From positions 147,492 to 211,491 of the forward strand of contig CAIWBA010000291.1 of the NCBI GenBank assembly GCA_903910765.1: a DNA stretch of 64,000 bases, written 5' to 3'. The notes below the pieces were generated by a model. The model had not been told where the DNA came from. It worked only from the letters and a program-made list of their open reading frames with translations, and made no database searches. Both the position numbers and the translations under genes were made by a program. Each line of letters begins with the position of its first letter. The first letter of the stretch is position 1. Below are positions 10,531 to 19,398 of the stretch, one piece after another. This DNA comes from an uncultured Bacteroidota bacterium. Lineage in GTDB: Bacteria; Bacteroidota; Bacteroidia; Chitinophagales; Chitinophagaceae.

Positions 10531-11037
10531 TTATATTGATTTGAACAAAAAGTTTTCGGTTATTATGCCAAATTTTAAACCTCTAACTGATGCAAACTCT
10601 TTAGCTGCTTCAAATTTAGCCTGGTTTACAATAAATTGCTTTGCAGCATATACATAATTAGCAGTTTGCTTGTCAGTCATTCTGTTTGGAGCAGTTGGTG
10701 GTTTTGTGTATTTGTCAGGTTTTACCTCAATTAACCAAGACTGTTCATTACCGTCATTATCCTTAGTTGTAATATAAAAGTCAATGTAATATGTGTGTCC
10801 ACGTTTATCTAATGGAGAATAGTATGGAATTCCAACTGGTTCACTTGAGTATTTAATAACAGTTGGGCTATGATCACACCAGTTAAGAAATTTGAATTCC
10901 CACGAACTTCTGAAAATAATTTTAGTAGGATCTCCAACATATTTAGCAAGATTAGATGGTCTAAAATAACCTTGTCTAATTTTGCCAGCTCTAGGTTTTA
11001 GGAAGTCCTGAATCTTCTTGGGTTCTTTTGGTTTCAT
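10531..11037 (-). CDS. gp4: Head completion nuclease (T4 gp4-like, TnsA-type)
   Basis: GYFRPSNLAKYVGDP, RSSWE, YSSEP, YYIDF, LIEVKP, KFEAA..FA...GLKFGIITE. Confidence 0.9.
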   Translation of the reverse strand: MKPKEPKKIQDFLKPRAGKIRQGYFRPSNLAKYVGDPTKIIFRSSWEFKFLNWCDHSPTVIKYSSEPVGIPYYSPLDKRGHTYYIDFYITTKDNDGNEQSWLIEVKPDKYTKPPTAPNRMTDKQTANYVYAAKQFIVNQAKFEAAKEFASVRGLKFGIITENFLFKSI

Positions 11038-11045
11038 ACAGTTAT

Positions 11046-12167
11046 TTATAGGTACGCCATGTCAAACATGGAATCGCTAAAATAGCTGTCAAGCCAAAGG
11101 TTAAATTCTTTAAGTGAATACTGGGAATCTCGGTCATGAATATAGCAAAATAGATCATTAATATCCTTAATTCGATTTAATGAAACTATGTCGTCAACTG
11201 AACTAAATTTTCTTTTTAAGTCACCAATTGCCTTATTCCATAGAAATACTGAATATCCTTGTTTAATAAAGTTCATCATTTGAGTTTTTCCAGCCTTGTC
11301 TCGGTCAAATAGGACTTGAGTTGCACCTTTTGCTCCAAGATTAGAAAAAATACTTCTGGCCTTTGATGCTCCAGATGTTGCAATTGCATTGTCTACAAAT
11401 AGAGAATCAAATTGGCCCTCAGTCATTCTGATTGGTTTACTGAAATCAATATTTAAGATATTAAAATAGTTGTTTAAGAAATTAGCATCCTCTACTAATT
11501 CTTTAGTTAAACCTTTTTGAGAAAATATTTGAGAAAGATCAGTATATGATTTAATAATATATTTACGCTCTGCATTTGGGTCAAGATTACGAATTGAGAA
11601 TCCTAATAATCTGCCAGAGCGCCTATCAAAATTAAAAATATAAACTTTATTATCGGATGAGTCGGTATAGAGGCAATCTCCAAAATCTTCAATTAAGTCA
11701 AGGCCTCTGCCTTTAATGTATTGATATGCCTTTGAAGTTTCGTCAACGAGATCTAGTCGTTTTAAGGAAAACCGGTTAACTACATCAGTTATTTTAACCA
11801 ATTGAGAAGTATCTGAAGTTAGGAATCGTACTAGTTGATTTTCAGTTCTTTTTACTGGAGCTGGTTTAAATTCATCTTCTAAAATAAAACTAGGCAACAT
11901 TATTCCATGCTGCTTACTCATTTTGGCTACAAATTCGCCAACTGTCATGTATGCCATGCAGCCATCGTTAAAACATTTATAGGCTCCAGTATCTAAATAG
12001 AGATTACCACGTTTCTTAGCAACTTTTTTATCAGAGTCTCCGCAAATTGGACATGCAAAATTTAATTTACGCCCAGTATCTCCATCAATTTTCTGTTTTT
12101 CCGGTACATCATGAAATCTTTTACGTAATAAGTTTTCAATGAATGCGGTTATTTCCTCAATCTTCAT
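11046..12167 (-). CDS. gp61: DNA primase (T4 gp61-like)
   Basis: Zn ribbon CPICGDS...YKCFNDGC; TOPRIM EGQFDS and FDRD. Confidence 0.88.
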   Translation of the reverse strand: MKIEEITAFIENLLRKRFHDVPEKQKIDGDTGRKLNFACPICGDSDKKVAKKRGNLYLDTGAYKCFNDGCMAYMTVGEFVAKMSKQHGIMLPSFILEDEFKPAPVKRTENQLVRFLTSDTSQLVKITDVVNRFSLKRLDLVDETSKAYQYIKGRGLDLIEDFGDCLYTDSSDNKVYIFNFDRRSGRLLGFSIRNLDPNAERKYIIKSYTDLSQIFSQKGLTKELVEDANFLNNYFNILNIDFSKPIRMTEGQFDSLFVDNAIATSGASKARSIFSNLGAKGATQVLFDRDKAGKTQMMNFIKQGYSVFLWNKAIGDLKRKFSSVDDIVSLNRIKDINDLFCYIHDRDSQYSLKEFNLWLDSYFSDSMFDMAYL

Positions 12168-13779
12168 CTGTTACTGGTACCTTCTTTACAGGTTTTGGTT
12201 TAGTTGCACTTTTATAAGCCTTTTCTAAATCGTATCCCAGTTTAGAATAGTCTTTTCCAGTTTTAACGACTTTTTCATATTTGTCAGTTTGTAACCATAC
12301 ACCTCCATCTGGTGGATTAATTTCAGTCCAACCGTTTTCAGCTAAATAAGCTTCCATAACCGCTTGTGGAATTGCAAAAGGATCTTCTACTTCAATACCC
12401 TTTTTCTTTGCAACTCTATCTCTATATTTAGCAAGTTCATGTTTTGGAACAATTACAGTATTTAGGCCATATTTAGAAATAGCTGAAATATAGATTGCAA
12501 ATAATTCTTGAGGTACTGGAATATCAGGATTACCAATAAATGCTTGGCAACTTTCTGGAATTTCGCAATATTCTAAAGTTTCAGTATTTACTGAATATAG
12601 TGGGAACGTTTCTTCTGGAGTAAAATCTTTACTGCGGCTTCTAGATTTAACTACTTCAATTTTTCTAGTTAATTTAGGAGTTAACTCAGTAAATCCAATT
12701 GCAACCAATAATTTATTAATTGGTTCAATAATTAATCTAAAGAATTGTTGTTCACGATCCATAGGTACTGCAATTTCTTCAGGATAAGAACCTGGAGCAT
12801 AGGCAAAAATATCAAAATCATATGCATTTTGAGCTGCATAATAAAATTTAATTTTTGAACCGCTACGAATTAGTGGATACTTTTGATTGTTAGTTAATTT
12901 AATTAGGTGATTATGATAGGCAACTGCTCTACCATAAATTGGCATTCCAGTTTCCAATACTAACGGAACTAAACTTTTTAGATATTCTTCATAAACTCTA
13001 ACTGAGAAGTTAAATGCAATTTCTTCAACTGGTAAAGCATCACATTCAGTTTTTAGAGCTGCTAGTTTTGGGATAAGATCGCCTTCTAAGTCAATATTAT
13101 AGCCAATATCAAGTAGATAAGAATATAATATTTGTAGATGCTGTCTTGCCCAAACTGGATATGATGCTTGAATTGCTTCGAGGCCTTTAATAATTAATGA
13201 CTCTTTATCTAAAAGACGTTCATGTTTATTATCTTTATATGAAACTTTTAAAATATATTTTTTCTTTGCTAACCAAATTCCAGATCTAGATAAATTTTCA
13301 AGTTCAAAATTTTGGCGATTATCTGTATTAAAGTGAACTGCATATTTTTCAAAAGCTTGTTCAAAATAATTCTTAAGTCGATGACGATTAATTGCCAAAC
13401 AAAATTCAAGAGATTGGGTATCAGTCAATTCAAATCCTTCAATTGACTTTATTGCATAGTCAAAACATACATAAACTGAGTCAGTGTCAGTATATACTGC
13501 AGCTTCTTTCTCAATTTGGTTAACCGTTCTTCCAGTAATACCTAATTTTTCATGCAGCTCTGTGTCAAGATGCCACTTTTGTTGGAAATAGTGGTTGATT
13601 GCCTTAATTGAAAATTTAATTAGGTCTTGGCCTTGCAGCGTAATTGACTGGGCAATATCGTTATTATGAAAATAGAAATATTTGTTACCAAATGCTCCAT
13701 AGAAAGAGTTAATTAAGATCTTTATGGCGTTCTGTTTTAAGTCTAGTGACTTTATTTGTGATTCTAGTTGTTTGGACAT
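12157..13779 (-). CDS. Family B DNA polymerase, C-terminal subunit
   Basis: Motif B (KILINSFYGAFG), motif C (YTDTDSVY), KKKY, IKGLE. Confidence 0.92.
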   Translation of the reverse strand: MSKQLESQIKSLDLKQNAIKILINSFYGAFGNKYFYFHNNDIAQSITLQGQDLIKFSIKAINHYFQQKWHLDTELHEKLGITGRTVNQIEKEAAVYTDTDSVYVCFDYAIKSIEGFELTDTQSLEFCLAINRHRLKNYFEQAFEKYAVHFNTDNRQNFELENLSRSGIWLAKKKYILKVSYKDNKHERLLDKESLIIKGLEAIQASYPVWARQHLQILYSYLLDIGYNIDLEGDLIPKLAALKTECDALPVEEIAFNFSVRVYEEYLKSLVPLVLETGMPIYGRAVAYHNHLIKLTNNQKYPLIRSGSKIKFYYAAQNAYDFDIFAYAPGSYPEEIAVPMDREQQFFRLIIEPINKLLVAIGFTELTPKLTRKIEVVKSRSRSKDFTPEETFPLYSVNTETLEYCEIPESCQAFIGNPDIPVPQELFAIYISAISKYGLNTVIVPKHELAKYRDRVAKKKGIEVEDPFAIPQAVMEAYLAENGWTEINPPDGGVWLQTDKYEKVVKTGKDYSKLGYDLEKAYKSATKPKPVKKVPVTDED

Positions 13780-13822
13780 ATCTTGTTATACTTGACGTTG
13801 CGTATTTTGGTTTAATATACTA

Positions 13823-13831
13823 ATAAATAAC
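13823..13831 (+). promoter_or_regulatory. Late-promoter motif ATAAATAAC
   Basis: Head of the 13846-15632 unit. Confidence 0.65.
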
Positions 13832-13845
13832 CTAAAAGTTAATGA

Positions 13846-14469
13846 ATGGTGAAAGAAATCACTAAAGACCAATATTTAATTAATCAGGCGTATCCATTTT
13901 TAGCAAATTTCCCATTTGGAGATCAGTTTACTATGGAAATCTCTAATACTCCTGTACTAGCAGCAATGTTTGATGATGAATTTGAATCAATTAGTTCAAG
14001 TAAATCAGGAAAATCTCCAACCATAATTGATTTTATTCATACTAAGAGTAAAGTAAAGTCAAAAGTATCAATATTCAGAGAAGATCTTCTTTGGATAGAT
14101 CAAGTTTCGTCATCAGTTAAGAAACTTGATAAAATATCAAAACAAATTGACCGAGGAATTAAATCAAATGACCTATTAGTAAAGCGTAATATTTCACTTG
14201 AAACTGATGAATGGTTACTTAATGTATCTGATCCTAAGAATTCGTTAAGCCGAGAAATTTTTAATGGAGTGCTCACTGACCTTATTGCAAATAAGCCTCT
14301 ATATCGAGTTACTGAAATTGTAAATACCGTAAACAAATTATACTTAAAAAAAGGACTAGTTAAATTATCTAAAGATGATGCTGATATTATTTTTACATTT
14401 ATTCATTTTAGATTAATTTATGCAAAACTTATTTTGGGAATAGTGATCTCATCAAAAATATCAATTTAA
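13846..14469 (+). CDS. Hypothetical late protein
   Basis: 207 aa, preceded by ATAAATAAC at 13823. Confidence 0.7.
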   Translation: MVKEITKDQYLINQAYPFLANFPFGDQFTMEISNTPVLAAMFDDEFESISSSKSGKSPTIIDFIHTKSKVKSKVSIFREDLLWIDQVSSSVKKLDKISKQIDRGIKSNDLLVKRNISLETDEWLLNVSDPKNSLSREIFNGVLTDLIANKPLYRVTEIVNTVNKLYLKKGLVKLSKDDADIIFTFIHFRLIYAKLILGIVISSKISI

Positions 14470-14472
14470 CGA

Positions 14473-14850
14473 ATGCAACAATTAGATGAATTTATTGAGT
14501 ACCTTTATACAGTTGAAGAAAATTCAACACAATTAAATCAAGATCAAGTAAACAAACTTCATATGATTAAGTCTAAAGTTACTGAAATAGTGGATAAAGT
14601 TGAATCATTTACTACTAAAACAGTTAATCAACTACATCCAGTTTCTCAACCTCAAAGAGAACTTCAATTAGCTGAAAATTCAATATTTAGATTTGGACAA
14701 TTTTCTGAAATTAATGAGAAGATTGTACAAAGAGGTAAAAATTGGGTTGTTATGAATAAAAAGGGTACTAAAGTTTTAGGTACACATCCAACCAGAGAAA
14801 AAGCGGTTAAACAACTACAAGCAATTGAAATAAGTAAAGCAAAACACTAA
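14473..14850 (+). CDS. Putative head protein with small basic C-terminal domain
   Basis: Internal FRFGQFSEINE followed by IVQRGKNWVV...LGTHPTREKAVKQLQAIE. Confidence 0.65.
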   Translation: MQQLDEFIEYLYTVEENSTQLNQDQVNKLHMIKSKVTEIVDKVESFTTKTVNQLHPVSQPQRELQLAENSIFRFGQFSEINEKIVQRGKNWVVMNKKGTKVLGTHPTREKAVKQLQAIEISKAKH

Positions 14851-15632
14851 TGAAATTAAAAAGATTCCAACAGTTTATTACAGAGTCAAATTACGGGTGG
14901 TCTGACGAGTCCTACGAGTCATTTGCATACCGTCAAAGTAAAGAGACATTTAATGATTTTGAATTTGAAAAAGATATACTTGAGTTAGTGCAGAAAGTTG
15001 AACAGACTTGGGCCCATTTAGAAGATGTTTATGACTGGAATCGAGAGCGTCGACAATGGCGTAAAGACCATTTTGCGCTTGATGTAAAGGTACATGCTTG
15101 GCCAGATTCAGATAAAGTTAGGGAAATACTTGGAGAACCTGATATGCCAGAAGAGGCAATCAATGATGAATGGTGGGTATGGATGAATGATGAACGCGAA
15201 GGATTTGTTAATGACGTAGTTGAAATTTATCCATGGATTCAAGATATTGGTTGGGGAGGTAAAAGTGGAGGCTGGTTATTATTACAGCCACCTCATGAAG
15301 CTGAAGATATACGTAATGATATTGAGAGTGATTGTCAGATATACGGACTTACTAAAGAGGAGTTAAAGGCATCAGATGATTGGCAAGACATACTTAACGA
15401 TATTAATGATGAAACTCTTAATAATATGCAAGACTATGGACTATCAAATGAATCTGATGAGATTTTAAATTTAAAACAGCAAGTTGATAACATTAGGACT
15501 TATTTAACTAAAGAGTTAGCTGATTTAACTCAATGGGAATCTGATATGAATGCAATACAAGCTAGAGTTAGTAAATTTGAAGATAAGGCTGAAGAATATT
15601 TCTATGAATGGTTAAGGGGTAAAGAAGATTAA
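14850..15632 (+). CDS. Putative internal head protein, acidic and Trp-rich
   Basis: N-terminus MKLKRFQQFITES. Confidence 0.7.
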   Translation: MKLKRFQQFITESNYGWSDESYESFAYRQSKETFNDFEFEKDILELVQKVEQTWAHLEDVYDWNRERRQWRKDHFALDVKVHAWPDSDKVREILGEPDMPEEAINDEWWVWMNDEREGFVNDVVEIYPWIQDIGWGGKSGGWLLLQPPHEAEDIRNDIESDCQIYGLTKEELKASDDWQDILNDINDETLNNMQDYGLSNESDEILNLKQQVDNIRTYLTKELADLTQWESDMNAIQARVSKFEDKAEEYFYEWLRGKED

Positions 15633-15636
15633 AATT

Positions 15637-15710
15637 AACGGACTTAGGACCGTAATCGTTTCGGCGATTTGAACCTCTCGATATCGCTATCCGGGAGGTT
15701 CTCTTTTTTT
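15637..15710 (+). ncRNA. Candidate structured RNA: two hairpins followed by a terminator hairpin
   Basis: ACGG-ACTTAGGA-CCGT; AATCGT-TTCG-GCGATT; GAACCTC...GAGGTTC then T-tract; GC-rich island in AT-rich DNA. Confidence 0.4.
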
Positions 15711-17244
15711 AACGATTAGCAAATTTAGTTAAGTCAAAACGATGCTTGCTTACAATAAATTTCTCTTTAAGATAAATGGTTTCTCTGGCTTTTCCGTGTT
15801 TTACAATATAACCATCAAGATCATCAATTAAATCATATACAGTTACTTCATGTTTTCCAGCAAGTTTACGCATACCACGACCAATTGCTTGACGTATTGT
15901 AACTTCAGATTTATAACTTTCAGCAAAGATAATTTGATTAACCCTCTTTAAGTCAATTCCAGTAGCAAAGGTTGCATAACTTGCAACAATAACTGCACCA
16001 ACTTCTCTTTCCATTGCATCTTTATAGTCAGCACGGTCTCCACCATTAACTCCACCATCTATATAGTATGCATGTTCGTTCCATTCTTTTATCTTATCGC
16101 AAATACGCTGACCGTATTGATCCTTTACATTAATGAATAGAATTAAGGTATTACCACCAAGTTTTTGGACAAATGAGGATATAAACTCAATTCGAGGTTC
16201 ATATGAAATAATAAATGCACGTTCTGCATCAAATAATTCTTTTCCAGCTTTACCAGACTCTCTGAGTGCTTTATAGTCTCTAACAAAAGGTTCAGTTATT
16301 GGATAGTCTAGGCTAACCATTTTAATATAGACATTTGGCGAGTGTTCTTGATCAATTAAGAAACTTGACTTAAGTGTCATGCTTAATGGACCTAAAAATT
16401 CTTGAATCTTAAAGAAGTCAGAATATTGCTCTTCAATTTTAATTGTACCAGAAAGTCCAAGTTTATATTCAGCACTAGTTGATGCCAATAGAATATCTTT
16501 AATTGAGGCTCCTCTACTTGTATGGCATTCATCTATACAGATAACTGAGAATCTCTTAAAAAACTCTGGTTCCTTATTTTTAAGGCTTTGATAGGTTGAA
16601 ATAACCAGATCAGCCTCTTCAAATTTCTCTTCAGAATATTTATGTTGACCTCCAACTGATAACACTGAATAATTCATTAATCCTGTATGATAGTCCTTTT
16701 CAAATTTCTCAGCAGTTTGACCAACTAGCGAAATATTAGGAACTACAATTAGGGCTTTGTTATCTTTAGAGATAATACCCTTACGTTTTAAGAAAGAAAT
16801 ATAGATGTAAAGAATTAAGGTTTTACCAGCAGAGGTTGCAAGTTCTTGAGAACAAAATTTGTATTTTAAGGCTCGATGAGCTGCCTCTAATTGATAATCG
16901 TATGCGTTAATTGGTAAACCGTCTAACAATACAGATGCAAATTTGTCTAATTGTTCTTTTGTAAATGTTAAGTTAAGTAGGCTGTCAAGATCTTCAATAT
17001 TTATTTCGTAGTTGTATTTCTTGCCGAAATTAATAATTTCCTTCCATAAACCAACACCAATCTTAAGATCCTGATCAATAAATTTATCATAACCATCCCA
17101 TAATTTTCGTTTGTACAATTTATTAAAGTGATAACCCTTTTGTCTCTTTCTAAAATACAGTTGCAGGTCCTTAAGCTCACGCTTCATTTCATGCTTAATT
17201 AGCTGTAGGTATTGACGATCGTCAGTTAATTTAAAGGTTAACAC
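15709..17244 (-). CDS. uvsW: SF2 DNA helicase UvsW-like
   Basis: ATSAGKT, DECH, LSGT, ASYATFATGID, QAIGRGMR. Confidence 0.92.
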   Translation of the reverse strand: MLTFKLTDDRQYLQLIKHEMKRELKDLQLYFRKRQKGYHFNKLYKRKLWDGYDKFIDQDLKIGVGLWKEIINFGKKYNYEINIEDLDSLLNLTFTKEQLDKFASVLLDGLPINAYDYQLEAAHRALKYKFCSQELATSAGKTLILYIYISFLKRKGIISKDNKALIVVPNISLVGQTAEKFEKDYHTGLMNYSVLSVGGQHKYSEEKFEEADLVISTYQSLKNKEPEFFKRFSVICIDECHTSRGASIKDILLASTSAEYKLGLSGTIKIEEQYSDFFKIQEFLGPLSMTLKSSFLIDQEHSPNVYIKMVSLDYPITEPFVRDYKALRESGKAGKELFDAERAFIISYEPRIEFISSFVQKLGGNTLILFINVKDQYGQRICDKIKEWNEHAYYIDGGVNGGDRADYKDAMEREVGAVIVASYATFATGIDLKRVNQIIFAESYKSEVTIRQAIGRGMRKLAGKHEVTVYDLIDDLDGYIVKHGKARETIYLKEKFIVSKHRFDLTKFANR

Positions 17245-17258
17245 ATAGTTTAATAATT

Positions 17259-17702
17259 TTAGTGCCCATCCAATAGTTTTTGGACATCTAGTCTGGTTTT
17301 AATACCAAAAAGAACAGCATCAATTGTTTTAATAGAATCTGAATAAAACTGTATTTGGTTTTCAACCTGTTCTATCTTTTCTTTGATAGCAGCAGTCTTT
17401 CCATCAACTATCGTAGTCTTTTCATTAGCTCCATATCGAATTTGATGATTCTTTGATGCATCTATCCATTCTTCGCCTTTCTTTTCACGAAAAGTCTTTT
17501 TAAGTTGAGTAAAATGCTCAATTAAGGTATGATTCTCCTCTAGCATTCGCTGACGTAAACTTAAGAAAGTAACTTGAGCCTCCGGTATCTTACGGATATT
17601 TTCAAGCAGTTTAATTCCAATATAAATTTCTCCAGAAAAAGATTCTCTCTTTTCTCTGAATACTTCAGCAATTGTTCTTTTTTGGGGAGTTTGTTCTTCC
17701 AT
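17259..17702 (-). CDS. Probable recombination mediator UvsY-like
   Basis: 147-aa helical/coiled-coil protein directly upstream of uvsW, as in T4-like phages. Confidence 0.5.
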   Translation of the reverse strand: MEEQTPQKRTIAEVFREKRESFSGEIYIGIKLLENIRKIPEAQVTFLSLRQRMLEENHTLIEHFTQLKKTFREKKGEEWIDASKNHQIRYGANEKTTIVDGKTAAIKEKIEQVENQIQFYSDSIKTIDAVLFGIKTRLDVQKLLDGH

Positions 17703-17734
17703 CTAGTTATTTTATCAAAAACGTTAAGTAAGTT

Positions 17735-18205
17735 TTAACTAACGAAAGAATAATATACTCCTTCTATTTGATAAAAGTCTGATAGGAAGTCAGTAATTGT
17801 GGTGCTTGCATAAATAGTATCTCCAATTGGATGACTATCACCGTTTTTATAGAATACCGATACTCCACCATCATACAGACACACTAATGAATCTAAGTTA
17901 TAATGTTTTATAGAGCCTTTAGCCATATTCTTAAATTCATCATTTGTTACTTCAGTATCATAATTGGTAACAAAGATACTTGGGAAACTACGTTTCATTC
18001 TGTAACCTGAACTTTCAATTGAGTGTATAACTTGTAGGACATAACTTAATTTGCCATAGGCATCAAGGTCAGCAAGTACTTTATTATATTGATCTGGATC
18101 TGTAAAGTTGTAAACAACAAACGGTCTTTGGTTTTGGACACAATCTCTAACCAGGTTGTACCTGTTTCCATTATATTCTCTGGTATGTCGTATTGCTCTG
18201 CTCAT
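17735..18205 (-). CDS. Hypothetical protein
   Basis: 156-aa ORF with its own promoter motifs. Confidence 0.7.
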   Translation of the reverse strand: MSRAIRHTREYNGNRYNLVRDCVQNQRPFVVYNFTDPDQYNKVLADLDAYGKLSYVLQVIHSIESSGYRMKRSFPSIFVTNYDTEVTNDEFKNMAKGSIKHYNLDSLVCLYDGGVSVFYKNGDSHPIGDTIYASTTITDFLSDFYQIEGVYYSFVS

Positions 18206-18256
18206 TGTTTAGTATATTAGATAAAACTACTATGTTATTTATCAGTAAAATATTCC

Positions 18257-18787
18257 ATGGAAAAACAAGTACACATTAATATATTTGACTTTGATGAAAC
18301 TCTATTTAGGGTTCCAGGTTATACATGCAGCCAAGCTAAAGATATGTCACCATACGAATGGTTTGATTCACCAGAATCTCTCGGCCATCAGTTTAATATT
18401 TGTGGAATTTCAAATACAATAGACAAAGTTAAGTCCAGTGAAGGTTGTCTAAATTATTTAGTAACTCACAGAGTAAAAGAGTGTCAAGAGGCAGTTATGG
18501 ACCTGTTATCAGTAAACCAGATTAAATTTGATGATGTATTCTTTTTAGGTAGAGAAACTGCTAAATCAGATACTGTAATTGAACTAGTTCGTCAAACCTC
18601 AGCTACTTCAATTACAGTATATGAAGATTCTCTTTGGGAAATCATTAAATATGCAAAAGTATTTAGCGATTTAGAAGTTACCATGAATTTTGTATTTGTA
18701 GATAAAAGTAAGGTAATTACAATTGACTGGGATACAGCATGTTCATTAGCAGATTATTCACAATCAGAAAGACTTAAATTAATATGA
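18257..18787 (+). CDS. HAD-superfamily phosphatase
   Basis: Motif I IFDFDETL, later T-HR and YEDS motifs. Confidence 0.8.
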   Translation: MEKQVHINIFDFDETLFRVPGYTCSQAKDMSPYEWFDSPESLGHQFNICGISNTIDKVKSSEGCLNYLVTHRVKECQEAVMDLLSVNQIKFDDVFFLGRETAKSDTVIELVRQTSATSITVYEDSLWEIIKYAKVFSDLEVTMNFVFVDKSKVITIDWDTACSLADYSQSERLKLI

Positions 18788-19392
18788 TCCTATTTGTAGA
18801 AGGTGCAAGACACTGTGGAAAAACATTCCTAATTAACCAGTTTATTGATAGTACGCATGATCCAAGAATTGAATATTATAAATTCTATTTCGCAGACCAT
18901 ATTAAAACATTAGACCTAGTAGGTTTAGATGGTGATCCTAGCCTTCACTATTTTAGTTTAGGTAATATTATGACCATTATGGAAATGAATCTTAGACCAG
19001 AATATTCTGACAAAATTTGGATATTTGACAGAGCAATAATATCTGCATATACTTGGGCAATCTTAAGAAACCGATTAAATAGAGATAAAGCAGAAACTGA
19101 ATTTCTAAAGTTATTAAATACTACTCTATACTCAAATTCAAAAACGCTAGTAGTTAAAGTCTCTGGCCAAACTGGTGACACAAATAGAGTTAAAGATACT
19201 TGGGATGGAGCTCATTCTACTACTGATGAACAGCAGTTAATGAATGAGTTAACTACACTAGGTCTTTCAAATCTTACTGATTCAACAAAAAATAACAATT
19301 TACGCACAGTTTTTAACAAGTTTGATGAATCTTCAATACTTAAATTTAATCATGAGTGCCGTGCGTTATTAGGAATAGAGCCTAATAAATAA
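18784..19392 (+). CDS. P-loop nucleoside monophosphate kinase-like protein
   Basis: EGARHCGKT Walker A and IFDRAIIS (DR motif of thymidylate-kinase family); ATGA overlap with the HAD gene. Confidence 0.8.
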   Translation: MILFVEGARHCGKTFLINQFIDSTHDPRIEYYKFYFADHIKTLDLVGLDGDPSLHYFSLGNIMTIMEMNLRPEYSDKIWIFDRAIISAYTWAILRNRLNRDKAETEFLKLLNTTLYSNSKTLVVKVSGQTGDTNRVKDTWDGAHSTTDEQQLMNELTTLGLSNLTDSTKNNNLRTVFNKFDESSILKFNHECRALLGIEPNK

Positions 19393-19393
19393 C
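19385..19393 (+). promoter_or_regulatory. Late-promoter motif ATAAATAAC
   Basis: Overlaps the kinase stop codon, directly before the ligase-NTase gene. Confidence 0.6.
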
Positions 19394-19398
19394 CAAAT

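Noticed and set aside
12157-13779. Split intein joining the two polymerase halves
   Set aside because: No Cys/Ser-start or His-Asn-end intein motifs at the junction ends.
15637-15710. Pistol or hammerhead ribozyme identity for the structured element
   Set aside because: The UUAGG loop has no downstream CCUAA partner, and no CUGAUGA/GAAA core is present.
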